Origin: an uncultured Eubacteriales bacterium
Lineage (GTDB): Bacteria > Bacillota > Clostridia > Oscillospirales > Oscillospiraceae
Length of the DNA stretch: 64,000 nt
Direction: 5' to 3'
NCBI GenBank assembly: GCA_900320595.1
Contig: ONSW01000001.1
Span: 28,560-92,559 of the forward strand
A model generated the notes under the pieces. The model did not search any database. It was not told the DNA's origin and saw nothing but the letters and a program-made list of their open reading frames with translations. Shown here piece by piece: positions 45,824 through 56,264 of this stretch (position 1 is its first letter; each line of letters starts with the position of its first letter). A program made the position numbers and the translations under genes.

Positions 45824-47974
45824 TCAGGGATTCTCTTCAGCTGCTGCCGCGGCTGCCTCAGCTTCGGCGCGCATGGCTTCCTCCTCTTCACGGATCTGCT
45901 CCTCAAGCTGGGGATGGAGATCGCCGAAGAGATAACTGTCGCCGCCGATATACGGCCAGTTAAAGGTCCGGTACTCGAGTCCGATGTGAACGCGATACAT
46001 CACATCATGCCAGATCCGGGCGGCGGGGTTGTTCCATACGTTGATCGTTTCGGGAATGTCATATCCGGTCCAGACGGCGGCAACGTAATACGGCGTGCAG
46101 CCGACGAACCAGCGGTCTTTGTTCTCGCCCGAGGTGCCGGTCTTGCCGGCGACGGGCATGAAGCCGAGATAGGCCGCTCCGCCGGTACCGGATTCGACCG
46201 CGTTCTGCATCATATAGGTCATCGTATAGGCCGTATTGGGACGGAACGCGACGATCGTGCGCGGCGTGTTGTCGATGACGATGTTGCCGTTGGAGTCGGT
46301 GATGCGCGTGTAGGTGCGGGAGTAGGTGAAGATGCCGTCGTTGACAAAGGCGGAATAGGCCTGCGCCATCTCCCGCACGGTGATGCCGTTTGTGAGCTGG
46401 CCGAGCGCCATCGGTGCGTAAGAAGCGTCGTCGGGAACAAGACTGGTGACGCCGAGACGTTCGCGCAGGAAGTTATAGCAGGTCTCGGGGCCGAGCTTGT
46501 CGACGATCTGTGCCGAAACCGTATTGAGCGACAGCTGCAGCGCTTCATAGATCGTGATGATGCCGTAGTTCTCCCAGCTGTCATTATGCGGGTACCAGCT
46601 CGTGCCGGACAGGTAGATATCCGGCGAGTCGTTGACGAGCGTATTCGGCGTCAGCCCGAGGAGCTCAACGGCCGGCCCGTAAACAGCGATGGGCTTGATC
46701 GAGGAGCCGGGCGGACGCTGAGATCCGGTCGCTCTGTTGAGCGGGAAGTTCTGCGTCTTTTCTCCGACACCGCCGCTCAGACCCTTGATCTCACCCGTGT
46801 AGGGATCCATGATGACGATCGCGCTTTGGAGCTGCTTGTCGGTCCCGTAGGTCTGGGGGATATTTTCGATATTTTCGTAGATGTTGTCGATATAGGATTG
46901 GATCGTCTCGTCAAGACAGCAGAAGATCTGATAACCTCCGTTATAGACGAGATGGCGGGCGGCTTCCTTGCTGATGCCCTTCTGCTCCATCAGATCCTCG
47001 GTCACATCGGCGATAACGGCCTCTTCATAATAGGAATAGATGTTCTGCGTATAGGACGTGTTTTCGCGGTAAACGAAATTGAGCGGCTCGGCTACGGCGG
47101 CCTTGTATTCATCATAGTCGATGAAGCCCTGCTCATACATCTCGTGCAGGATCGTCTCCTGGCGCTGCTTGTTTGCCGAAGGATCGTAGAACGGGTCATA
47201 CTGGGTCGGCTTGTTGGTGATCCCTACGATCGCCGCGCACTCGGCCAGGCTCAGTTCGGACACGTCTTTTCCAAAATAGGTCTGCGCTGCGGTCTGGACG
47301 CCACAGCAGCCCTCGCCGAAGTAAACGGCGTTGAGATACCATTCGATGATCTCACGTTTGTCGTATTTCTTTTCCAGCTCGAGCGCGCCGAAAATCTCGG
47401 CCAGCTTGCGCTGGACGGTAACTTCGTTCTTGCCGGTCAGATTCTTGATCAACTGCTGGGTGATCGTCGAGCCGCCATAGGTATCGGACATGCGGGCGAA
47501 CATCTGGACAAAAGCGCCGGCCGTACGGTACCAGTCAACGCCCTTGTGCTCGTAAAAGCGCTTGTCCTCGATCGAGACGAGAGCTTTTTCCATATACCAG
47601 GGGATCTTGTCGTAATCGACCCAGATGCGTTTTTCAGCGCCGGTGAGCGTGACAAGCTCTTTCCAGCCGCCGGTCGAATCGGTATACCAGATCGTACTGG
47701 ATTCGCTGAGCTGATAGTCCTCGAGCGAGATGTCAAGCGAGGAGGACAGGCAGCTTTTGACATAATAGGCAAAGATGCAGCTGAAGATCAGCCCGGTCAA
47801 AACCAAGACAAGCAAGACAGAGCCGATGACCTTGAGAATACTGCTGAGCGTGACTGACACGGCGTCGATCGTAAGATCGGCCGCCTTCGAGGCAACCTCG
47901 CCCGTGTCGATCCGCTTGAGCTTGCCGCGCAGCGCTTTGAGAGCGGCGCCGCGTTTTTTCTTATTCTCTTCCAT
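45824..47974 (-). CDS. class A penicillin-binding protein (PBP1A family)
   Basis: GT51 motif EDKRFYEHKGVD. Transpeptidase motifs SSIKP, SLN and KTGTS. N-terminal TM anchor. Confidence 0.9.
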   Translation of the reverse strand: MEENKKKRGAALKALRGKLKRIDTGEVASKAADLTIDAVSVTLSSILKVIGSVLLVLVLTGLIFSCIFAYYVKSCLSSSLDISLEDYQLSESSTIWYTDSTGGWKELVTLTGAEKRIWVDYDKIPWYMEKALVSIEDKRFYEHKGVDWYRTAGAFVQMFARMSDTYGGSTITQQLIKNLTGKNEVTVQRKLAEIFGALELEKKYDKREIIEWYLNAVYFGEGCCGVQTAAQTYFGKDVSELSLAECAAIVGITNKPTQYDPFYDPSANKQRQETILHEMYEQGFIDYDEYKAAVAEPLNFVYRENTSYTQNIYSYYEEAVIADVTEDLMEQKGISKEAARHLVYNGGYQIFCCLDETIQSYIDNIYENIENIPQTYGTDKQLQSAIVIMDPYTGEIKGLSGGVGEKTQNFPLNRATGSQRPPGSSIKPIAVYGPAVELLGLTPNTLVNDSPDIYLSGTSWYPHNDSWENYGIITIYEALQLSLNTVSAQIVDKLGPETCYNFLRERLGVTSLVPDDASYAPMALGQLTNGITVREMAQAYSAFVNDGIFTYSRTYTRITDSNGNIVIDNTPRTIVAFRPNTAYTMTYMMQNAVESGTGGAAYLGFMPVAGKTGTSGENKDRWFVGCTPYYVAAVWTGYDIPETINVWNNPAARIWHDVMYRVHIGLEYRTFNWPYIGGDSYLFGDLHPQLEEQIREEEEAMRAEAEAAAAAAEENP

Positions 47975-48242
47975 CTATATGAAAACACCTCCCGGGGGAC
48001 CACTGGAATCGGAGATCATAATACACCATCTTATTCTGAAAACGAATTATACCACAGCTTGTCAAAGAAGGGTAGCGATTTTATGAATTTTTCAGAAATG
48101 CACTGCTTTTTTAGGAGCTTTTCACAAAGTCCAGGATCTGCGCGACCCTCTTCACGCCAAAAGAAAGAAGTGCGGGAGATATAATTTTACCCGCTTTGAG
48201 GAATACTTCATACATAAAAGCATAAAGCGAGGATGAGAACGG

Positions 48243-48578
48243 ATGAAATCAGGGATAAAAACAGCGCTCCTCGGCATGATGATCCTTCTTGCGGCCGTAT
48301 CAGCCTGGGGTGCGGTCAAAACGGTAAGGCGGGCGGAGGATCCGATCCCGACCGAGATTTACGCAGGTTTTTGCTCCAAGAGCGGACGCGCACAGTATCT
48401 GCTGCGCGAAGAAGACGGCGTTGTCGCTGTCTATCGCAGCGGGGAGAACCGGGCGGATCGGCTGACGGAGATCGAAACCGCGGCGCTGCGCCGATCCGAT
48501 CGCGCCATGCTGCGGCGCGGGATCCCGGTCGAGAATCTCGGTGAGGTGCTGCTCTTGCTGGAAGATCTCGGTTCCTGA
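48243..48578 (+). CDS. BofC C-terminal-domain-like small secreted sporulation protein
   Basis: Signal peptide, then YLLREEDGVVAVY...LRRSDRAMLRRGIPVENLGEVLLLLEDLGS. The resemblance is judged from memory. Confidence 0.45.
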   Translation: MKSGIKTALLGMMILLAAVSAWGAVKTVRRAEDPIPTEIYAGFCSKSGRAQYLLREEDGVVAVYRSGENRADRLTEIETAALRRSDRAMLRRGIPVENLGEVLLLLEDLGS

Positions 48579-48649
48579 GAGCAGTTTTGTATTGATTTAT
48601 CAGGGGTTTGTTGGTACAATAAAAGCACAAAATAAGTGGAGGGATCATT

Positions 48650-48949
48650 ATGAGCGAAGAATACGGCAGCGATTTTGTCACGATGACAGACGAAAGCGGC
48701 GAAGAGTTTACGCTTGAACTCATCGAATGCATCGACTATAACGGGAAAACCTATACGGCCTTTCTGCCGGCGGACATGGACGAGAACGATCCCGACTACG
48801 GTCTGGTCATTTTGTGCAATTCTGTGGATGAGAACGGCGAGGAAGTTTTTGACACGATCGACGACGATGACGAGCTCGAGGACGTCTATAACCAATTCAT
48901 GCGCATCCTCTTTGACGACGAAGAAGAGGATAACACGCCGAAGCAGTAA
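48650..48949 (+). CDS. DUF1292 domain protein
   Basis: DESGEEFTLELIECIDYNGKTYTAFLP...GLVIL and an acidic tail. GGAGGG RBS. Confidence 0.8.
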   Translation: MSEEYGSDFVTMTDESGEEFTLELIECIDYNGKTYTAFLPADMDENDPDYGLVILCNSVDENGEEVFDTIDDDDELEDVYNQFMRILFDDEEEDNTPKQ

Positions 48950-49002
48950 TATTTTTCCGGCACCGGGCATATAGATTGTCCGTAAGAAAGAAACAGACAA
49001 TT

Positions 49003-49236
49003 CCTGCTGTGTGCGTGTCGTTTCAAATGAAACAGCAGCGGCCCGTTAAACCCACATCACTTATAAGGGATGCCGATTTGAGTCTGCGGATTGCAGGCCT
49101 CCCGGCCGCGTGCGGTCGGATGTTGGAAGCAGCGAAACAGAACTTAGGCGACCCACCTGCCCATTCGTGCAGGTTATAACCGGGCCGACACGGCACAAGC
49201 GGGAGACTCCCACAGGGAAACCTGTGGGAGTTTTTT
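49003..49236 (+). ncRNA. candidate structured small RNA (family unassigned) with its own terminator
   Basis: Long-range helix 49003-49020 / 49186-49203 (17 bp, two 1-nt bulges), extended by 49041-49045 / 49181-49185. Inner helices 49067-49074/49147-49154, 49083-49097, 49102-49119 and 49155-49174. Terminator CTCCCACAGG gaaa CCTGTGGGAG + T6 at 49207-49236. No credible ORF. Confidence 0.4.
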
Positions 49237-49262
49237 ATTGCAATCGTCATCTTTCGTTTGAT

Positions 49263-49296
49263 AAAAAAGACCCGGAGAGCCAAAAGGCTCTCCGGG
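49263..49296 (-). terminator. intrinsic terminator of gdhA
   Basis: CCCGGAGAGCC aaaa GGCTCTCCGGG, followed on the minus strand by TCTTTTTT. Confidence 0.8.
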
Positions 49297-49349
49297 ATGC
49301 GGGAGTATTAAGGAGTCAAAGCGTTGTGCAAAGCGCTTTTTTGTATCGA

Positions 49350-50711
<1,362 letters not shown>

Positions 50712-50917
50712 TTAATATTTGACCGTAGTCATTGACCGATTTCGGCTGGCTCAATTATAATCTATATGTCCCAAATTAACAAGAGATACAGAAAAATAGA
50801 CAAGGAAAAACAAGACCAAAATTGAAAAATTGTTAAAATCACATAAAACGGGCTTGATTTTTTTGACAAAATAGACTAACCTGTTTTCGACAGAAAAACA
50901 GAAATGGAGGAACTGCT

Positions 50918-51829
50918 ATGGTACGGGAAGAGAACTTTTTCGGATACGGGAGCTATACGATCGACAACGGCGCGCTTTCGCTGCGCGTTACGGAATACGG
51001 GGCGTCGATCCTGAGTCTTCGCCTCGGCGGCGAGGAGCAGGTCCTCGGCTTTTCAACGCTTGAGGATTACGAAAAGAGCACGGCCTTTATCGGCGCGACC
51101 GTCGGCCGCTGGGCCAATCGCATCGGCGGCGCGGCTTTTTCCCTGAACGGGGAGAGATACGAGCTGTGTGCCAACGAGAAAGGGAACACCCTCCACGGCG
51201 GCGACGCGGGGAAGCCCTGGAACAAGCGCCGCTGGACGGGGAAGATCGAAAGCGAAAACGCCGTCAGCTTCACGCTCGTCTCTCCCAACGGGGACAACGG
51301 CTTCCCGGGTGAGATGACGGTCCGCGTGCTGTATACGGTTTTGCCCGACCGGGTCAGAATGGACTTTGCGGGCGTTTCGGACAGGGATACCTTTTTCTGC
51401 CCGACCTCACATGTTTATTTTTCGCTGGGGGAGGATACGATCCTCGGCGCTTCGATCCAAATCAACGCCTTCGGTCATCTTGACGTAGACGGCGCGCTGA
51501 TCCCGACAGGGAAGATCCTTCCGACGGAGGGTGATTTTGATTTTTCCTCGCTTCGACCGATCGGCCGCGACTATGACGACTGCTTCTGCCTGAAGGGCGA
51601 AGAGGCCTGCACCGTGCAGACGGAGAAGAGAAAGCTGACGCTTTATACCGATTTTCCGGCGCTGCAGTTTTACACCGGGAAATACCTCGACGGCGGCTTT
51701 GCGCCGAATGCAGGCTTTGCGATCGAGCCGCAGTTTTACCCCGATACGCCGAACAAGCCGGATTTCCCGGACGCGCTGCTCAGAGCGGGAGAGAAATTCT
51801 CAAAGTATCTTGAATTTGTGATCGAATAA
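50918..51829 (+). CDS. aldose 1-epimerase family protein
   Basis: GRWANRIGGAAFSLNGERYEL..NEKGNTLHGG and a C-terminal FAIEPQ motif typical of galactose mutarotase-like enzymes. Confidence 0.85.
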   Translation: MVREENFFGYGSYTIDNGALSLRVTEYGASILSLRLGGEEQVLGFSTLEDYEKSTAFIGATVGRWANRIGGAAFSLNGERYELCANEKGNTLHGGDAGKPWNKRRWTGKIESENAVSFTLVSPNGDNGFPGEMTVRVLYTVLPDRVRMDFAGVSDRDTFFCPTSHVYFSLGEDTILGASIQINAFGHLDVDGALIPTGKILPTEGDFDFSSLRPIGRDYDDCFCLKGEEACTVQTEKRKLTLYTDFPALQFYTGKYLDGGFAPNAGFAIEPQFYPDTPNKPDFPDALLRAGEKFSKYLEFVIE

Positions 51830-51867
51830 AAAACAGCGGCCGGGAAACCGGCCGCTGCGTTATTTTC
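51830..51867. terminator. bidirectional intrinsic terminator
   Basis: CAGCGGCCGG gaaa CCGGCCGCTG between an A-run and TTATTTT, lying between convergent galM-like and hpf genes. Confidence 0.8.
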
Positions 51868-51875
51868 AATTTGGA

Positions 51876-52427
51876 TCAGTCGTTCAGCCCGTCGTCACAG
51901 ATCAGACCGTAGCCGCCGTTCTTGCGCGCATAAACGACAGAGATCGCGTCCTCGGAGTCCATGTTGCGGAAGACAAAGAACTCGTGCCCCAGAAGATTCA
52001 TCTGCAGGATAGCTTCCTGCACGCTCATGGGCTTGATGGAGAAGCGCTTGCTGCGGACAACCTTGAACTCCTCCTCGCTCTCCTCAGCCTCCGCGGGGAC
52101 ATAAGCAGGCACGGCGTCACGCTCCCACACACCGTCGCGCAGCCTCTTTTCGAGGCGCGTCTTGTTCCGGCGGATCTGCCGCTCGATCGCGGCGACACCG
52201 GAGTCGATGGATGCGTACATGTCGTTCGTAAGTTCGCTTGCTCTGTAGAACAGCCCGTTATTGCGGATCGTGATCTCAGCCAGGAAACGGCCGCGTTCGA
52301 TCGAGAAGGTGACGAAAGCCTCGGCTTCGGTTTTGAAGAAGCGATCGAGCTTACCGATCTTCTTGACGGCATACGCGCGCAGATCCTCGGACGAGTCCAT
52401 CCGTTTTTCGGCAAAAGTGAACTTCAT
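51876..52427 (-). CDS. hpf: ribosome hibernation promoting factor, long form
   Basis: N-terminal RaiA/HPF domain (MKFTFAEKRMDSSEDLRAYAVKKIGKLDRFF…IRNNGLFYRASE…DMYASID) plus a C-terminal dimerisation domain (KPMSVQEAILQMNLLGHEFFVFRN). Confidence 0.9.
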   Translation of the reverse strand: MKFTFAEKRMDSSEDLRAYAVKKIGKLDRFFKTEAEAFVTFSIERGRFLAEITIRNNGLFYRASELTNDMYASIDSGVAAIERQIRRNKTRLEKRLRDGVWERDAVPAYVPAEAEESEEEFKVVRSKRFSIKPMSVQEAILQMNLLGHEFFVFRNMDSEDAISVVYARKNGGYGLICDDGLND

Positions 52428-52465
52428 ACTGCCATTCCTCCTATATCTGGCGACCGACGGCTCTG

Positions 52466-52505
52466 AAAAACCGCCTGCCGCGTTTGAATTCGGCGGGACA
52501 GCCGG
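52466..52505 (-). promoter_or_regulatory. terminator-like hairpin + U5 inside the hpf leader (possible attenuator)
   Basis: Minus strand CCGGCUGUCCCGCCG aauucaaa CGCGGCAGGCGG UUUUU lies about 40 nt upstream of the hpf RBS and downstream of the predicted promoter. Confidence 0.4.
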
Positions 52506-52534
52506 CCTTGTGCGGCGGCGCCCTCCGTGTGAAT

Positions 52535-52562
52535 ATTATATCACTTTCCTTTTGCAAGTAAA
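52535..52562 (-). promoter_or_regulatory. predicted hpf promoter
   Basis: Minus strand TTTACT (52562-52557), 16-nt spacer, extended -10 TGATATAAT (52543-52535). Confidence 0.45.
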
Positions 52563-52653
52563 AGTTTTTTTGCGGCGAAAAAAGATTATCGTCAGAACAT
52601 ACCGATTTGCGTGACAGAATTTGGTTAATCATACGAAATTTATAGGAATATGC

Positions 52654-52686
52654 AGAAACGGGACCGCGCTGAGCGGTCCCGTTTTC
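52654..52686 (-). terminator. intrinsic terminator after nadE
   Basis: 12-bp stem AAACGGGACCGC / GCGGTCCCGTTT. The minus-strand tail GUUUCUGCAUAUU is only moderately U-rich. Confidence 0.55.
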
Positions 52687-52700
52687 CGGTGAAATCGGTT

Positions 52701-54593
52701 TTATGGCTTCTCGTATTCTGCGAGCATGCGGAGGAACAGTGCGCTCTCTCCGTCGGAGGGCATGTGCAGCCCCGCGCGCGGCGAGACGGAGAAGGCCTCC
52801 ACAGACGGGCCGTCCATCAGGCAGCTGCGCTTGAACTGCTGGGTGAACAGGCGCGTGCAGTAGCTTTTCAGCCAGCGAAGCAGTTCCTCGTCCGTAAACT
52901 CGTCGGCGTAGGCGAGCTTGGCAAGACGCATGGTCTTGATCGGGTCAAAGCCGCAGATCAGGATCTTGTGCGTGAAGAAGTCCTGCAGACTGTAAGAGCC
53001 GACGGCGTCCTCGCTTTTCTGCTCGATGAGGTCGTCGTGAATCGGCAGCAGCTCCGGCGTGACCGGGCAGTCGAGCACGTCATAGAGCGCGGCCTTTAGG
53101 ATCTTGTCCTCCGTTTTGGCGGCGATGTGGCTGACGGCGGCGCGTACCTGCGTCTTGGTCATGCCGATGTTGACGTCGTACATGCTCGTATGGTCGCCGT
53201 TGTAGGTGCACCAGCCGTCGATATACTCGCTGAGGTCTTCGGTGCCTACGTCGAGACCGTTGCACTTGTTGGCGATGTCCATCAACACCTGGGTACGCTC
53301 GCGCGCCTGGGCGTTTTCATAGGCAACGGAATAATCGTCATGCGCATGACCGATGTCGTCGAAATGCTGATAGACGCTCTTGGAGATGTCGATCACGCGG
53401 ACCTCGGCGCCGAGCTGTTCGGCTACAACGATCGCGTTGGACTTTGTACGCGACGAGGTGCCGAAGCACGGCATCGTGCAGGCGATCACATTCGTCGAGG
53501 GTAGACCCATGCGCTTCACGGCCATCGCGCTGACCATGACGGCAAGCGTCGAGTCCACGCCGCCGGAGATGCCGACGACACAGTGGTCGAGATGGGCAAA
53601 CTCCATGCGCCGCACAAGACCGGAGATCTGGATGTCCAGCATGCGCTCGCAATATTCGGCAAGCGCTTCTTCTCCCGTAGGAAGATGCGGGTGCTTGCTG
53701 TAAGAGCGGGTGAGGGCTGTATCGGAGAGAGAGTCACCCCAGTAAACCTGGCACAGATCATCGCCCGGCAGATCAAAGCCGCCGTCCCTGCGGCGAAGCG
53801 TATTCAGATGCTGCACGTCGATCTCGCTGACGGCAAGGGCGTCGGCATACTCGCTCTCGGCAAGAAGCTCGCCCCTCTCAGCAACGAGGCACAGGCCGGA
53901 ATAGCTGTTATCCGTCGTGCTCTCGCCCCGGCCGGGCGCGGCCAGCACAAGACCGCAGGTAAGACGGCGGGAGAGCGCGCGGGAATCAGACTTTGCCTCG
54001 TCCCCGGAAGAAACCGTTTCGGGGAAGGACGCCATCTGAGCGATCACGGTCGCGCCTTCAAGAGCATAGGAAACAGCGGGGGAGAGGATCTCGTCCCGGT
54101 CGGCGCCAAGCTCGACCGCAACGCGCAGATCACCGAGAGAGTTGTGACAGAAGAGCGTGTTGGGGCAGAGAACGGTCTCCAATTCGCCGACAGTGACGAA
54201 GTCGCCCTCGCCCTCGTATTCGGCAAAGAGCGTTCCCTTGACGTTCTCGCGCGGGACAAGCCCGAGCAGCTCGCCGTCGCAGATCACGGCAGCGACGCTC
54301 AGCAGCCTTGCGCCGTGGGCATAGGGCAGGCCGACAAAGACGAGCATGTCCTTGCCCTCACTGGCACGGACGACCTTTTCAAGCGCACGAACGGCTCCGT
54401 TTAAGACCACACGGTGCGCGATCAGGTCGCCGCAGGTCACGCCGGTGAGCGTAAGCTCGGGAAAGACGAGAACTTTGACACCGGCCTTTTCCGCGTTTTC
54501 GATCGTTTCGACGACGCGCGCGGCGTTGTAATCGCAGTCGGCCACCCGAATCACGGGAGCTGCCGCCGCAACCTTTACAAATCCATCTTTCAT
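52701..54593 (-). CDS. nadE: glutamine-dependent NAD+ synthetase (CN-hydrolase + NAD synthetase domains)
   Basis: N-terminal nitrilase-like domain (VLVFPELTLTG). C-terminal ATP-PPase motif GISGGVDSTL. Confidence 0.9.
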   Translation of the reverse strand: MKDGFVKVAAAAPVIRVADCDYNAARVVETIENAEKAGVKVLVFPELTLTGVTCGDLIAHRVVLNGAVRALEKVVRASEGKDMLVFVGLPYAHGARLLSVAAVICDGELLGLVPRENVKGTLFAEYEGEGDFVTVGELETVLCPNTLFCHNSLGDLRVAVELGADRDEILSPAVSYALEGATVIAQMASFPETVSSGDEAKSDSRALSRRLTCGLVLAAPGRGESTTDNSYSGLCLVAERGELLAESEYADALAVSEIDVQHLNTLRRRDGGFDLPGDDLCQVYWGDSLSDTALTRSYSKHPHLPTGEEALAEYCERMLDIQISGLVRRMEFAHLDHCVVGISGGVDSTLAVMVSAMAVKRMGLPSTNVIACTMPCFGTSSRTKSNAIVVAEQLGAEVRVIDISKSVYQHFDDIGHAHDDYSVAYENAQARERTQVLMDIANKCNGLDVGTEDLSEYIDGWCTYNGDHTSMYDVNIGMTKTQVRAAVSHIAAKTEDKILKAALYDVLDCPVTPELLPIHDDLIEQKSEDAVGSYSLQDFFTHKILICGFDPIKTMRLAKLAYADEFTDEELLRWLKSYCTRLFTQQFKRSCLMDGPSVEAFSVSPRAGLHMPSDGESALFLRMLAEYEKP

Positions 54594-54608
54594 CTCTCTG
54601 CGCCTCTC

Positions 54609-56033
54609 TTAGAACTTGATCCGCTCAGCGATATAGTTCTTTACCTCACTGATGGGGATACGGACCTGCTCCATGCTGTCGCGCTCGCGGATCGTGACGC
54701 AGTGGTCTGCCTCATCGGTCTCAGTGCCGACGGTGTTGAAGTCAAAGGTGATGCAGAACGGCGTGCCGATCTCGTCCTCGCGGCGATAGCGCTTGCCGAT
54801 CGAGCCGGTCTCGTCGTAATCGCACATGAATTCCTTGGACAGCTCGCGGTAGAGTTCCATCGCGGGGCCGGTCAGGATCTCCTTCTTCGACAGCGGCAGG
54901 ATCGCGCACTTGTAGGGCGCGAGCGCCGGGTGGAGATGAAGCACGGTGCGAATATCGTCGTTTCCCTTCTTGTCCTGGCCGACGACCTGCTCGTCATACG
55001 CCTCGCACAGGAAGGCGAGCGCAACGCGGTCGCAGCCGAGCGAGGGCTCAATGACATAGGGGATATAGTGCTCGTTGGTATCCTGGTCGAAATAGCTCAG
55101 ATCCTTGCCGGAGGCCTCCTGGTGGCGGCCGAGGTCATAGTCCGTGCGGTCGGCAATGCCCCACAGCTCGCCCCAATCGGTGAACGGGAAGGCGTATTCG
55201 ATGTCCGTGGTGGCACGGGAATAGAAGGCGAGCTCGGCCTTCTCATGGTCGCGCAGACGCAGGTGCTCTTCCTTGATGCCGAGGGAGAGCAGCCACTTCT
55301 GGCAATAATCCTTCCAGTAAGCGAACCACTCGAGGTCGGTACCGGGCTTGCAGAAGAATTCGCACTCCATCTGCTCGAACTCACGGGTGCGGAAGGTGAA
55401 GTTGCCCGGCGTGATCTCGTTGCGGAAGGCCTTGCCGACCTGGCAGACGCCGAAGGGGAGCTTCCTTCTGGTGGTGCGCTGGATGTTGGCAAAGTTAACG
55501 AAAATGCCCTGTGCCGTCTCCGGACGGAGATAGCAGACGGAGGAGGAGTCCTCGGTCACGCCGATGGCCGTTTTGAACATGAGATTAAACTTGCGGATCG
55601 GAGTGAAGTTGTGCTTGCCGCACACCGGGCAGACGATGTCCTCGTGGTCGGCAATGAAGGCGTCCATCTCGTCAAAGCTCATCGCGTCGACGTTGACTTC
55701 GCCGTGCACGTCGCCGATCAGCTTGTCGGCACGGTGGCGGGCCTTGCAGCTGCGGCAGTCGAGCAGGGGATCGGAGAAACCGGCGACATGTCCGGTCGTG
55801 ACCCAGGTCTGCGGGTTCATGATGATGGCGGCGTCAAGCCCAACGTTGTACGGGCTTTCCTGAACAAACTTCTTCAGCCAGGCTTTCTTGACGTTGTTTT
55901 TGAATTCAACGCCGAGCGGGCCGTAGTCCCAGGAGTTGGCAAGTCCGCCGTAAATCTCGCTGCCGGCGTAGACAAAGCCGCGGTTTTTGCACAGGGCAAC
56001 GATCTTGTCCATATTTTTTTCGCTGTGTTCCAT
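54609..56033 (-). CDS. glyQS: glycine--tRNA ligase (alpha2 dimeric type)
   Basis: Start trimmed to [30 protein letters not shown] (ATG 56033, AGGAAAGGA RBS). Class II motifs FRNEITPG.. and GxGxGxDR-like [12 protein letters not shown]. Confidence 0.9.
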   Translation of the reverse strand: MEHSEKNMDKIVALCKNRGFVYAGSEIYGGLANSWDYGPLGVEFKNNVKKAWLKKFVQESPYNVGLDAAIIMNPQTWVTTGHVAGFSDPLLDCRSCKARHRADKLIGDVHGEVNVDAMSFDEMDAFIADHEDIVCPVCGKHNFTPIRKFNLMFKTAIGVTEDSSSVCYLRPETAQGIFVNFANIQRTTRRKLPFGVCQVGKAFRNEITPGNFTFRTREFEQMECEFFCKPGTDLEWFAYWKDYCQKWLLSLGIKEEHLRLRDHEKAELAFYSRATTDIEYAFPFTDWGELWGIADRTDYDLGRHQEASGKDLSYFDQDTNEHYIPYVIEPSLGCDRVALAFLCEAYDEQVVGQDKKGNDDIRTVLHLHPALAPYKCAILPLSKKEILTGPAMELYRELSKEFMCDYDETGSIGKRYRREDEIGTPFCITFDFNTVGTETDEADHCVTIRERDSMEQVRIPISEVKNYIAERIKF

Positions 56034-56096
56034 TGTTTCGTTCCTTTCCTGCGGCTGGCTGCCGCAGAGAGTATTTATCATTTCTGACAAATTCAA

Positions 56097-56125
56097 AATA
56101 TATCAGATTGAGCCGCTCAGTTCAA
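56097..56125 (-). promoter_or_regulatory. predicted glyQS promoter
   Basis: Minus strand TTGAAC (56125-56120), 17-nt spacer, TATATT (56102-56097). The leader is only about 60 nt. Confidence 0.45.
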
Positions 56126-56181
56126 CAAAAAAATGGTTTTGACGCGATTTTTCTTAAAAATAAAAAAGATGAAAAAAAGTG

Positions 56182-56210
56182 TTAACATAACACAGAATTA
56201 GGTGTATACT
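56182..56210 (+). promoter_or_regulatory. predicted promoter of the deacetylase gene
   Basis: TTAACA, 17-nt spacer, TATACT. It overlaps the track's GTG 56202 start, which argues for the downstream GTG 56265. Confidence 0.45.
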
Positions 56211-56264
56211 AAATCGAAAGCCCGAAACAGCGGGAGAGAAAGACGAAAAGCAGAGGACAGCAGG

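Noticed and set aside
45752-47857. 701-aa ORF on the + strand
   Set aside because: It is entirely antisense to the PBP1A gene, which has all GT51 and transpeptidase motifs. The product is G/R/D/V/A-rich and low-complexity, with no RBS. This is a classic shadow ORF: GC-rich codon third positions in the real gene remove stops from the opposite strand.
49102-49140. GGAAGCAGC, the 9-mer conserved in SRP RNA helix 8, near the apex of the RNA candidate; I considered SRP (4.5S/scRNA)
   Set aside because: The 5' partner lacks the conserved A-G-G symmetric-loop side and there is no GNRA tetraloop (UCGGAUGUUGGA instead of UCCGGAAGGA). A competing 8-bp GC hairpin (49102-49119) is much more stable, and the overall shape is branched rather than rod-like. 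This still deserves a covariance-model test.
48976-49179. 67-aa ORF inside the gene-free gap
   Set aside because: No RBS, a non-ATG start and a non-protein-like sequence. The region is better explained by extensive base pairing (see the RNA candidate).
52428-52653. raiA-motif RNA expected next to hpf/raiA
   Set aside because: The 5' two-thirds of the gap is AT-rich promoter-like sequence. The predicted transcribed leader is only ~110 nt with one hairpin, too short and too simple for the ~200-nt multi-stem raiA motif.
54414-56087. 557-aa ORF on the + strand
   Set aside because: Antisense to glyQS and the start of nadE. Low-complexity translation and no start context.
56034-56119. T-box riboswitch upstream of glyQS
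   Set aside because: The leader is only ~60 nt between the predicted -10 and the ATG. There is no specifier-loop or T-box sequence.
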